The translations under genes were made by a program, and so were the position numbers. This document shows positions 51,162-60,153 of a stretch of 64,000 nt of DNA, piece by piece. The stretch is from a virus: IMG/VR virus record IMGVR_UViG_3300046002_001345, positions 3,489 to 67,488 of that record, one strand, 5' to 3'. Below the pieces are notes generated by a model. The model had not been told where the DNA came from. It did not search any database and saw only the letters and a program-made list of their open reading frames with translations. Position 1 is the first letter of the stretch, and every line of letters starts with the position of its first letter.

Positions 51162-51169
51162 TATTTATC
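51162..51169 (-). promoter_or_regulatory. T4-type late promoter (GATAAATA) overlapping the gp5 stop codon
   Basis: GGATAAATA-TTAAT-ATG; 5 nt to the gp25 start and no RBS. Confidence 0.65.
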
Positions 51170-53213
51170 CAGCATTGATACTTGGTAGTTTGGGTGCCAG
51201 TACGCTGACCGCATACTTGCCTTGGTTAAACAATTCTGCGCCAGGTCCACTACCAGATCTGAATGACAGGGCAGCATCTGAACCCAACTTATGAGCTACA
51301 CTCATCATTCCTGCTACATCAGCTGGTGTTTGATCAGCCGTAATTGCACCGCTAGACAGTAGGTTAGTGTAATTTTGATTAGTTACTGCTGACATCACAC
51401 TTTCTTGTTCTGTTTTGTTGCTTAAAAAGCTAGTTGCATCGGTGATACTGTTTTTGTTTGTCCAGCTATTAGGGTTAGTCAATTGATCGTTGCTGGTAAC
51501 TGTGCTCTTAATATAGCCTTGCTCTTGTAACGCTTTGTAGTCTAATTGATATTTGCCTAGTTTACCATCGCTGCCTGTGGTAGTATAGTCGTTGCCCTGT
51601 CCCAACTGTGACATTAAGGCAGTGGTTTCATCTTTAGTCAGCGAACCAGCTGGTGCAACCGCAGGTGGTTGATTACGAATATCTTTAGGAGTAGCTGCGT
51701 TTTCTACTCCCGCAGTTGAAGTTGTGTCGCTCTTAGTTGCATCGGTACCCGAGAACGAAGCATTGGGTTGTATACCTGGACTTGTCGGAGTAAATGCCCT
51801 GGCTCTAGTACCACGGTCGTAGGGCTCGTGTGTGGGTGCTATTGATACTATAGTTTCTAGTGCGCCGGGTTTACTTGACCACGTACCGCCAGATCCTGTT
51901 ACCTCGGGCAGTTTACGGGTTTGTATAGGGGTTATAGCTTTTAATGAATCTGTGCCGCCACTATTCTGTTTAATGCTAGCACCCTCAAGTGCAATTATGC
52001 CTCCGGCCTTAAGACCTATTTTTGCGGCCGAATCTACTTTAAATGCGCCCACCTTAAATTCAGTACCAGAATTTGCAGTTACATTAAATTTACCCTCAGC
52101 AAGAAAATCTATCAAAGGTGTTTCTAATTTTAGACTAGTACCCGCCTTGATATTAATTTTGCCACCTACATCAAGATTAAAGTCGCCGTCAGCATGTATG
52201 TCAAATGTACCCTCTGTACGCAAGGCCATGCCTCGTTTGCTATAGGCTAAAATTTTACCATCTTTAGTTAATTCTACCCAGCTAAAACCGTTGGCATGGG
52301 CAATATACAGTGACTCGTTGCTGTCGTGCATCAAGATTTGATGACCGCCTGCTGTACGTAATCGAATAAGTTGATCTTCACCAGTAGTGGCACCGTCATC
52401 CATTAAGAACACGTGTCCACCTTTGCGTGATTTTACCTCAGTATATTTAGAATTTAATTTACCAGCTTCGAGATCTGGCAAATAACTTGGATCATCTGCA
52501 GGGTCATTTACAGGGCGACCTGGGGTACTAATACCAAATACAAAACTAGGACTTTCTCGTTGGCTACTACTTGAAACTGGGCCACGGACAATATCTCTTT
52601 CTAAGCCTTGTTTTTGATATATCGAATACTGGTATGTATGTAACGGTTTGTTATTGTTATAAAAGGCGTTGTTAGTAAAATCGCTGGTATATTGATTGAA
52701 CTCCACAACCGGTACAATATCACCTTCTTGAATTTGTTTACGCTGTCCGGGAGTTAAGCTATTACGATCAACATTTGATGTCCCTGCCAGACCGGGCATC
52801 ATATAATGACTTAAATGCGGATTAACGCATGCTAATCCGTAACCACGCAACGGATCGCCAGCTACAAAAATTACAATAATCTGCACGCCGATATCTGGTG
52901 GAACCATCCACATACCGTAGGTGTGGTGCACTGTACCAAATTTATTTTCTTGGCTAGGGCGATCAGTTGACGATTGTGTCTGACTAGTGTAACCTAAAAA
53001 TGGACTAGTATAACTAACTGTGCGCCAGTTTTTGGGATCGTCCTCGGGACCGCCTAGGTCTGGGATATAAACTTGTAGTCTGCCGCTGCGAGTTGGGTCT
53101 AGGTTATTTTTAATAATACCAATATAAGGATACGGATCAACACGGGTGCCTGCAGCATCTTCACGACGAGCATTCTTAATAACCTTGTTGCCGGCTCTAC
53201 TATCTATTGCCAT
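51165..53213 (-). CDS. baseplate central spike, gp5/VgrG-like, with C-terminal lysozyme-like domain
   Basis: OB-fold DPTRSGRLQVYIP...GMWMVPPDIG; GHVFLMDDG...IRLRTAGGHQILMHD beta-helix; LGKYQL near the C-terminus. Confidence 0.82.
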   Translation of the reverse strand: MAIDSRAGNKVIKNARREDAAGTRVDPYPYIGIIKNNLDPTRSGRLQVYIPDLGGPEDDPKNWRTVSYTSPFLGYTSQTQSSTDRPSQENKFGTVHHTYGMWMVPPDIGVQIIVIFVAGDPLRGYGLACVNPHLSHYMMPGLAGTSNVDRNSLTPGQRKQIQEGDIVPVVEFNQYTSDFTNNAFYNNNKPLHTYQYSIYQKQGLERDIVRGPVSSSSQRESPSFVFGISTPGRPVNDPADDPSYLPDLEAGKLNSKYTEVKSRKGGHVFLMDDGATTGEDQLIRLRTAGGHQILMHDSNESLYIAHANGFSWVELTKDGKILAYSKRGMALRTEGTFDIHADGDFNLDVGGKINIKAGTSLKLETPLIDFLAEGKFNVTANSGTEFKVGAFKVDSAAKIGLKAGGIIALEGASIKQNSGGTDSLKAITPIQTRKLPEVTGSGGTWSSKPGALETIVSIAPTHEPYDRGTRARAFTPTSPGIQPNASFSGTDATKSDTTSTAGVENAATPKDIRNQPPAVAPAGSLTKDETTALMSQLGQGNDYTTTGSDGKLGKYQLDYKALQEQGYIKSTVTSNDQLTNPNSWTNKNSITDATSFLSNKTEQESVMSAVTNQNYTNLLSSGAITADQTPADVAGMMSVAHKLGSDAALSFRSGSGPGAELFNQGKYAVSVLAPKLPSINAG

Positions 53214-53224
53214 ATCTTATTATC

Positions 53225-56200
53225 CTAATATTGTTGCTCTAATATTGTTTGTCCGCCAACAACAATTGATGGGTTAGGACCTCTTGCAGTTGTGTTAAAC
53301 TGCACACTAGACTGAATTGTTGCATTCATACTAAATCCCAGTGCTGGGATCGAATTTGCTGTATCTACTATCTGTTGATTTAGAGATTTTTGTTGTGCTA
53401 GAAGATTTTGTTTTCTTGCCAACAATGTAGCATATTCTTGTGATTTAGCTGCCAGATCTTTTTCACTCAAATCGGCATTGGCTGGATCATCAGCAATCAA
53501 CTGATCTTCAACTCTAGTAAGTCCTCTATCAGTGGCTCTGTATGAGTTATAAACACTATCGCGTTGTATTACCAGGTCCTTAACTTGTTGTGCTATTACT
53601 TTTGCTTTACCTAAGAACTGTGCATTATTATCTGCTTCGGTTGGAACTGGCGGCGGCACTATAGCGGCTGGGGCATTTTGATTATTAATATCGGTTGCAA
53701 CTCCGGCGGCCCTAACAGCTGCCAAATCTTGTTGTTGTGTAGATGGTGCAGCCTCTGCGTTATTTGCTATAGATACCTCTTGTTCTTGCCCTGGAATTTG
53801 ATCAACAGCAGTATCAGTTGCTGTAGCAGTATCTGTTGTTGGCGGATTAGGTGCTTGCTGTACTGGAGTTGCAGCCACAGTAGCTGAGCCAGGTCGTTCT
53901 GCCGATTGATTGTTATTTCTACTTACATAGTCAAAGGCTACCTGTCTTGGTATTCTAGTCATCGTAAGCTCTTGAGTAAATTGTCCTTTAGTAAATGTGC
54001 TAGTTACACTAAGCACTTGGTACAATCCGCTGAACACGCTATTTCTCTCGCCCGCATCATATTTCATAAAGCCTGTGCTATCATCTATGTCTCTAGGGAC
54101 CTTAAACAACACTTGCACGTATAAACTACCGTCATCCATCACAAGACTGCCGCCATCAGGTAGTAGACGTTTGTCAATTTCTGAACTAACTCTTAAAGAA
54201 TTTGAAGTGTCTGCACCGTAAAATATATCGTCTTGTTTAATGTAGTCAGGATCACCAATGATAGTCATTTTTACCCTAAGCATATCTGCTTCACTACTAC
54301 TCATAATACTATCTGCTAGATCAGCTGCACCGACTTCTTTAGCAGTACTTGGATTACCTGTAGCCACTGCTTTAGAGTTTTGCACAACAGGTTTCATTAC
54401 TAGAGGCATTACCGCGTCATAGTTAATACCTTTAGGCGCATCGCCTCCCGAATAGTTAGGAGCATTTTGAAATTCATAATTTGTAGTAATACTATCGCCT
54501 GTAGGATTTTGGCTAGCCATGCTACTTCTATAAGCAGTTTGTTGAGTATAATATAATGTATTAAACACAATATCTAAATGAATGATATCGCTATTCTTTC
54601 CTGTAAAGAAATAGTTGTATGCCTTAACTGGTGTAACTACTGTTCCTTGCGGCGCAATATCGCTACGTAAGTTATACATCTTATAAGGCTTAACAGTGTA
54701 GGTTACTTCTTTAGCTTGTATTTTTCTTATTTTATCAAAGCCCAACGGTCTAACCTTAGGAATAATTCTAAACCATTTAAGTGGCTTATCTTTCATTGCA
54801 TCTTTGCGGGCTTTATATTCTTCATTGGATATACCGTCAGGTAATACCAATTGGTCGTGAATATAAGAACTATTACGTATTACATATTCTAATAATTTGT
54901 CAATTGTTGTACCATAATTAATACTAAAAATACCCCTACTAGTATCATATGTGTTTTGACTACTGCCAATGTCGGCCATTCTCATACTAACAGCATCTTT
55001 GATGTTTTCGTTTTTCTTCATTGGGGTTTCTTTAGGAGTATTACGTTTATCTTCTATAAACGTTGCTGTTCCTAAGATGTCTTGCCCTGTGTCGGGGTCA
55101 GGTAAGAATTCAAAACGATATACATCTGCTATGGCTATTTTGCCTGCGTCTTTTAAACCTTTGTAGTAGGCATTGATAGCGGTGCCAAACGAGTCAGCAT
55201 TAAGTGTTGCAGGTGTGCCTGTGGATGGGGAGGTTGATTCCCGCTGATTAGTGTCAAACTGCTGTATAGCTTGATTAAGGCCGCCAACAGATGTGCCTTC
55301 ACTGCTCTGAAAGAAATCAACTATAGTTCGTGATGTTACTTCCATGTTAGCTGGCACTGTTACTGTAGTGCTTTCAAATGCAGCATGGCCATACGGTGAT
55401 GCTCTAAAGTCATATACGGCGCCACGTTCTGTAATCCTAATGCCTAATTTATTGAGTTTAATTGGGAAACGTTTTTGTAATTCCGGAACCGCCCCAGTAA
55501 TTTCCCCGGCATCGTCAATGGCAAAAAAATCAATCTGTACTAGATAGGGCATGTCAAGATAATTACTACCACCCAAATCTTCAGTAGTTTTGATAATTCT
55601 CTCAACCATTGTAAAGCCATACGGCTCTATAATTTCAAAATTGCAGCTAATGGCATTTGTATTGCCCGATTCGTCATTGGGACTTATGATAGTCTTCATA
55701 CTGAAGTTTTCAAAATAGAAATCCTCAATCCAATTTTTATTACGTTGGAAATTAGCACTATGGCGCCCTGCACTGGCTATAATGACATTTTTAGCCGAGT
55801 ATTCCTGCGTTACAACTAAATTATCGTATTCTTCATTGGTCATCATGTGTAGACTTAAAGAATAGATATAACTGGCATATCGATGTAGTCTATTAGGTAT
55901 TGGTGGCGCATTTTGCACTATAAAAATATCGGTGCCGGGAGTTGCTCTATCAACGTTATCTGATTCAGACGGTATTGGTCCGGTCCAAGGCACGCCTGAT
56001 AAGCTAGGTGCTGCAATTGGGTTTGAGCCCGGAGCCGCCTGGCCGGCTTTGGCACCTTTTAATTGGAAATGAGGTAAATCTTTAAAGTTCTTCCAATTGC
56101 CGCCCCACTCTAAACCTAATCCTTCACCAATTTTACCAATTTGTTGCCAGGTAGCTTGTGAAGCATGATATCCACCATTTACAGGAATAACATCAAATGC

Positions 56201-56413
56201 CTGCCCTGTTTCGTGTATACCCTGGCCGCCTTTAAGATTTGTAACAATTTGCCCAGGTGCAGTGCGTCCTTGCGCATATAGTGTATTTTGTTCTGCAGAA
56301 GTTCTTAGTGTGCTGGTAAGTTTAATTGGCACCCCTGCGGCAGCACAAGCGTCGATGAGCTGTTGAGCTAGTTTTTGTGTAGCTGGGGTTAGTGACGTTA
56401 TTCGATTATCCAT
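53225..56413 (-). CDS. baseplate hub-like protein with N-terminal M15 peptidoglycan peptidase
   Basis: RTSAEQNTLYAQGRT...HETGQAFD...EWGGNW...DLPHFQL; then FEIIEPYG, MTIIGDPDYI and FSGLYQVLSVTSTF..GQFTQEL hub-like motifs. Confidence 0.78.
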   Translation of the reverse strand: MDNRITSLTPATQKLAQQLIDACAAAGVPIKLTSTLRTSAEQNTLYAQGRTAPGQIVTNLKGGQGIHETGQAFDVIPVNGGYHASQATWQQIGKIGEGLGLEWGGNWKNFKDLPHFQLKGAKAGQAAPGSNPIAAPSLSGVPWTGPIPSESDNVDRATPGTDIFIVQNAPPIPNRLHRYASYIYSLSLHMMTNEEYDNLVVTQEYSAKNVIIASAGRHSANFQRNKNWIEDFYFENFSMKTIISPNDESGNTNAISCNFEIIEPYGFTMVERIIKTTEDLGGSNYLDMPYLVQIDFFAIDDAGEITGAVPELQKRFPIKLNKLGIRITERGAVYDFRASPYGHAAFESTTVTVPANMEVTSRTIVDFFQSSEGTSVGGLNQAIQQFDTNQRESTSPSTGTPATLNADSFGTAINAYYKGLKDAGKIAIADVYRFEFLPDPDTGQDILGTATFIEDKRNTPKETPMKKNENIKDAVSMRMADIGSSQNTYDTSRGIFSINYGTTIDKLLEYVIRNSSYIHDQLVLPDGISNEEYKARKDAMKDKPLKWFRIIPKVRPLGFDKIRKIQAKEVTYTVKPYKMYNLRSDIAPQGTVVTPVKAYNYFFTGKNSDIIHLDIVFNTLYYTQQTAYRSSMASQNPTGDSITTNYEFQNAPNYSGGDAPKGINYDAVMPLVMKPVVQNSKAVATGNPSTAKEVGAADLADSIMSSSEADMLRVKMTIIGDPDYIKQDDIFYGADTSNSLRVSSEIDKRLLPDGGSLVMDDGSLYVQVLFKVPRDIDDSTGFMKYDAGERNSVFSGLYQVLSVTSTFTKGQFTQELTMTRIPRQVAFDYVSRNNNQSAERPGSATVAATPVQQAPNPPTTDTATATDTAVDQIPGQEQEVSIANNAEAAPSTQQQDLAAVRAAGVATDINNQNAPAAIVPPPVPTEADNNAQFLGKAKVIAQQVKDLVIQRDSVYNSYRATDRGLTRVEDQLIADDPANADLSEKDLAAKSQEYATLLARKQNLLAQQKSLNQQIVDTANSIPALGFSMNATIQSSVQFNTTARGPNPSIVVGGQTILEQQY

Positions 56414-56425
56414 TGATACTTCTCA

Positions 56426-56728
56426 TTAAAGCCCTAAACTTGCTACTAGATTTTGTTTTTGTGGGATATAGATAGTTACCCCGGGCTCAAAATCATATAT
56501 AGGGTCTTGAATAACATTGGGGTTTCGTATAGCAAATACCCACCATAGTTTAGGGTCGCCGTATAAGTCGTAGGCTAATAGGTCGGGACGTTGTTTATAG
56601 ATAACATCAATTTGATATTGTACATCTTTTGGATCAATGGGTATGCTAGGAATTGTAGCCACATCCATAAAAAACCCATAAAAATCTGTTTTTGAATAGG
56701 GACTGGCTTTGCCGTAGTTTGTTGCCAT
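56426..56728 (-). CDS. baseplate wedge subunit, gp53-like (LysM-like)
   Basis: RPDLLAYDLYGDPKLWWVFAIRN...G..IYIP. Confidence 0.85.
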   Translation of the reverse strand: MATNYGKASPYSKTDFYGFFMDVATIPSIPIDPKDVQYQIDVIYKQRPDLLAYDLYGDPKLWWVFAIRNPNVIQDPIYDFEPGVTIYIPQKQNLVASLGL

Positions 56729-57783
56729 TAGATAAATCCTCCTGCACCAGTATCGCTGTTAGCTAGTAAAAACCCCTGTGCAAATTTATTAAGATCAAAG
56801 TTGTCAGCAAGATTTTTACGACTGTACATCGGTTGTAATGTTATAGACACCGAACTTCTTGTTGGCAATCGTGATGTTGTAGTAATTGTATTATATTCTG
56901 TTTTTGTAGTATTGGCTTTGGCATTGTTGGCTGCTAATTTAGCATCACCTGCTGCAGACCCGGTAGATCCCCAATTTGGCGCATAAATTTCTCCGTTGGG
57001 TCCAGTAATACTGTTAGTTGCCAAGTCTGGCGTAGTATTATTTGTCACACTTGGTGGCGAAATCTGCGACTCTTGCAGAGTGGTTCTACTAATAGGCACT
57101 TGAATATAGTCAACATCATCCGGCAATGTATGTTGGAATGATGTAACCGCACAAGGTATGTGTGGGAAATAGTGACTACCATATCCATCTAAGAACACAA
57201 TCGGCGGCGGATTACCTACGTTATCACCTTGTCCAAAGAACATTTTAGTAGCACTGCGGAAAAAGTATATTGCGGCCATCAAATACTGTCCATCGCTGGG
57301 GTTTTGTACCGTAAAGTCTCCACTAATCGTAATAGCTGCCACTTCTGAGTTGTTGTAGAAATACGCAGGATAATTACTATGTGTAAGGCTTGCTGAAGAA
57401 TAGTTTGCGTTATGTGTAACTGTGATCGCAGGAGTATACGGAAATATAACTCCGTTAGTTTCAACCAATGGATACATTAGTGCATTAGGTAACATCGTAG
57501 GATCTTGGTACCAAATTTTAGCTTTAGGAGATAGACTTATTCTTACTCGCCAATCATCTTCATTAGCCGCAGTAGCTCCACCAGTACCATTTGCACTTTG
57601 GAAGCCTATGTTTGGTATACCTTTAGCTTCACTACTCACACCTCCTGGCAACAGGCCAGAGATGGCGTTACGTGCGTTACTTGGGTTCAATAAAGAAAAT
57701 ACATCTTTGCCGCCACCTGTTAATGCACGGGTAGGTAAGCTACCAGCTGATTGGTTAAATAAACCACCTAAATTTAATGCCAT
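56728..57783 (-). CDS. tail tube initiator/baseplate-tube junction-like protein
   Basis: VIFPYTPAI...ANY...ITISGDF...GNPPPIVFLDGYG...PCAVTSF; GAGG RBS; position in baseplate module. Confidence 0.65.
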   Translation of the reverse strand: MALNLGGLFNQSAGSLPTRALTGGGKDVFSLLNPSNARNAISGLLPGGVSSEAKGIPNIGFQSANGTGGATAANEDDWRVRISLSPKAKIWYQDPTMLPNALMYPLVETNGVIFPYTPAITVTHNANYSSASLTHSNYPAYFYNNSEVAAITISGDFTVQNPSDGQYLMAAIYFFRSATKMFFGQGDNVGNPPPIVFLDGYGSHYFPHIPCAVTSFQHTLPDDVDYIQVPISRTTLQESQISPPSVTNNTTPDLATNSITGPNGEIYAPNWGSTGSAAGDAKLAANNAKANTTKTEYNTITTTSRLPTRSSVSITLQPMYSRKNLADNFDLNKFAQGFLLANSDTGAGGFI

Positions 57784-57800
57784 ATAATAAAACCTCTTGC

Positions 57801-57829
57801 TTTACTGTATTTATTGACTGTATTATAGT
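57801..57829 (+). promoter_or_regulatory. possible sigma70 promoter toward gp55
   Basis: TTTACT (57801-57806), 17 nt, TATAGT (57824-57829); overlaps the divergent late promoter. Confidence 0.4.
57808..57815 (-). promoter_or_regulatory. late promoter (AATAAATA) heading the baseplate operon
   Basis: In the divergent intergenic gap, upstream of the GAGG RBS of 56728..57783. Confidence 0.6.
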
Positions 57830-57855
57830 AGTATATTAAAAGGATTCCTCTAGCT

Positions 57856-57987
57856 ATGAGAAAGGTAAATTACCTAAATAAAAGTATAAATAATATAAAA
57901 GGATTGTTATGCAGAACTTTTATGTTTATGCCTATCTTAGAAGTAAAGATTCTTCCACAGGTAAATCAGGCACACCGTATTATATAG
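57856..57987 (+). other. 43-codon upstream ORF beginning MRKVNYLN, a duplicate of the gp55 N-terminus
   Basis: AAAGGA RBS; ATG AGA AAG GTA AAT TAC CTA AAT; runs out of frame across the endonuclease start to TAG at 57987. Confidence 0.7.
57885..57892 (+). promoter_or_regulatory. exact T4 late promoter TATAAATA for the GIY-YIG gene
   Basis: TATAAATA followed by AAAGGA RBS and ATG at 57909. Confidence 0.75.
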
Positions 57988-58562
57988 GCAAAGGCACCGG
58001 AAATAGAGCGTATGTTAAACATTATGCTCCTCTTCCTAAAGACAGATCGAATATCACATTTATTAAACAAAATTTAACAGAACAACAGGCACACGAGTTA
58101 GAAATAGAATTAATTACAAAATACGGTAGAAAAGATTTAGGCGCCGGCATTTTACATAATAGAACCAATGGCGGAGAAGGTATTAGTAATCCTTCTCTTG
58201 CAACTAGAGAAAAATTAGCGTATGCTAAAAGAAACGAGTCTCTAGAAACTAAATTAAAGAGATCTATAGCGGCAAAAAATAGAATAAGAACTCCGTTGAG
58301 TGCAGAGACTAAACAAAAAATTAGTTCAGCAAATAGCGGTAAGAAACGATCAGTAGAGACTAAGGAAAAAATGTCTAACATAGCAAAAGGTAGATCATTA
58401 TCCGCTGAACACAAGGAACATATTAGCAAGACACTAATGGGAAAGCCCAAAGCGCCATTCAGCAATCAGCATAGAGAAAATATTGGTAAGGTGCACCGAG
58501 GAAAACCTTGGTCTGCTGCCAGAAGAGCAGCATATGAAAATAAGGGGAATCAAAATTCGTAA
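57909..58562 (+). mobile_element. free-standing GIY-YIG homing endonuclease with NUMOD3 repeats
   Basis: FYVYAYLR...PYYIGKG...R, ELEIELI..YGR, LHNRTNGGEG; repeated S.ETK.K.S...G motifs. Confidence 0.88.
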
Positions 58563-59436
58563 AGTCAACTATTTAAATAATAAAGATATTCTAAAGGAAA
58601 TTCATAAAAGTAAATCAACATTTTGTAGTTATGTAGACCCTAGCTATAAAGACTACGACATGATTATCTACGGTACTGACAAAATTACTAAGAAAATCAT
58701 TGCAGAAGCTCGCAGTTCACGTATAGAACGGTTGGCAAAAGAAGCACAAGAAGTAGATCTACTAAACGGTATTAAAAAGAAACTAGACGAATATGCTAGT
58801 CCATTAAAAGATACCCCAAGCACAGACGTAGTATTCCGTGTTATGACCTGGGATCATATACCAATTGACGAATTAAAGCAAAAGAAAGCTGATGCTAAAG
58901 CACAAGAAGAATACGAAGCCGATGAAGATAACTTTGAAACAGAATACGACGAGCCTGTAGTAGTTAAAGGTGCAACAAAGTATACTAAATGTAATTTCCC
59001 TCCGTTTCAACACTATAAAGTTGATGCAGATAATAAACCGTATCTAGTAGGCAAAAGTCATTGGAAGGGCGATTTAGAAAAAGGCAAGTTTAGCAAAGAT
59101 CATGGCAATATGACCAACAAACTAGCACACATGTTTATTAAGCTATGTGAACGCTATGCTACTCGTAGTAACTGGCGTGGTTATACCTACAACGATGAAA
59201 TGCGCAGTCAAGCATTACTACAGTTAAGTCAAATTGGCCTACAGTTTGATGAAGCTAAATCACAGAATCCATTTGCCTATTACACAGCGGCTATTACTAA
59301 TAGCTTTACACGTGTTCTAAATATTGAAAAACGTAATCAAAACATTCGAGATGATATACTTGAACTTAATAATTATACCCCCTCATATACTAGACAAGGA
59401 GATTGGGGTGGTGGCGGGTGGGGAGCAGACGAATAA
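58555..59436 (+). CDS. gp55: late-transcription sigma factor, T4 gp55-like (start probably ATT 58555; ATG 58534 is the alternative)
   Basis: VNYLNNKDIL, NWRGYTYNDEM, FDEAKSQNPFAYYT...NSFTRVLNIEK; upstream of gp47/gp46 as in T4. Confidence 0.85.
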   Translation: MRKVNYLNNKDILKEIHKSKSTFCSYVDPSYKDYDMIIYGTDKITKKIIAEARSSRIERLAKEAQEVDLLNGIKKKLDEYASPLKDTPSTDVVFRVMTWDHIPIDELKQKKADAKAQEEYEADEDNFETEYDEPVVVKGATKYTKCNFPPFQHYKVDADNKPYLVGKSHWKGDLEKGKFSKDHGNMTNKLAHMFIKLCERYATRSNWRGYTYNDEMRSQALLQLSQIGLQFDEAKSQNPFAYYTAAITNSFTRVLNIEKRNQNIRDDILELNNYTPSYTRQGDWGGGGWGADE

Positions 59437-59447
59437 TTTTAGAAATG

Positions 59448-59455
59448 AATAAATA
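59448..59455 (+). promoter_or_regulatory. late promoter (AATAAATA) for the HNH gene
   Basis: Intergenic; followed by AAGG RBS and ATG at 59478. Confidence 0.6.
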
Positions 59456-59477
59456 CTATACAACTTAAAGGTTTTAT

Positions 59478-60095
59478 ATGATTATTAATTGTAAGTATTT
59501 GAACTGGTATTTCAATATTATTAAGACTGCTAAACTGCGCAAGGAAACACCTGGGTATACCGAAAAGCATCACATTATACCTAGGTGTTTGGGTGGTAGT
59601 AATTGTTTAAGCAATATCGCAGTCCTTACAGCAAGAGAACACTACATCTGTCATTTATTGTTAGCACGATTTACAACAGGTACAGCTCAGAGGAAAATGG
59701 CACATGCTGCCTTTATGCTAACTCGTTCGTCCAAAAATCAACATAGATATAAAATAACAGCGAGATGGTACCAGATATTAAAAGAAGGAATGAGTGCCGC
59801 AAAAAAAGGTATAGTTATCCCCCGAACAGAAGAATGGGCAAGAAATATATCTAAAGCTAAAAAAGGCAAATCGTTAACAGACAAACATAAAAAAGCCTTA
59901 ACTGGGATTAAAAAAGGAATAGGGTGGACTAACGCTAGAAAGAACGCAGGCAAACATGTAGTTACCCCGTATGGTATTTTTGTATCTCAAGCAGAAGCCG
60001 AACGACAGTTAGGACTTGGTAAAAATGTTATTGCTTATCGAATAAAAACTCAGCCGACAGAATACTGTATTAAAAATGATTACCAAATCAATTGA
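59478..60095 (+). mobile_element. free-standing HNH homing endonuclease
   Basis: EKHHIIPRCLGGSN...N...LTAREHYICHLLL; NUMOD3-like basic repeats; C-terminal HTH-like F.SQAEAERQLG. Confidence 0.88.
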
Positions 60096-60121
60096 TTTCT
60101 GTCTGAGCATCCGTGTATACT
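60092..60121 (+). promoter_or_regulatory. possible sigma70 promoter for gp47
   Basis: TTGATT, 18 nt, TATACT; upstream of AAAGGA RBS. Confidence 0.4.
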
Positions 60122-60153
60122 GAACTATAACCTTAATATGTTAAAAGGAACAA

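Noticed and set aside
26534-57787. Numerous short + strand ORFs antisense to structural genes (and similar shadow ORFs elsewhere)
   Set aside because: They lie wholly opposite long, well-supported genes, lack RBS and motifs, and reflect codon bias
58483-58533. Track start of gp55 at 58483
   Set aside because: Lies deep inside the endonuclease gene with no convincing RBS; the gp55-like sequence begins at RKVNYLN
57880-58578. Group I intron or translational bypass in gp55
   Set aside because: The endonuclease ORF and its promoter fill the interval, leaving no room for a ribozyme core; no terminal G at the expected junction; 699 nt is far longer than the 50-nt T4 gene 60 bypass; the downstream copy has its own RBS
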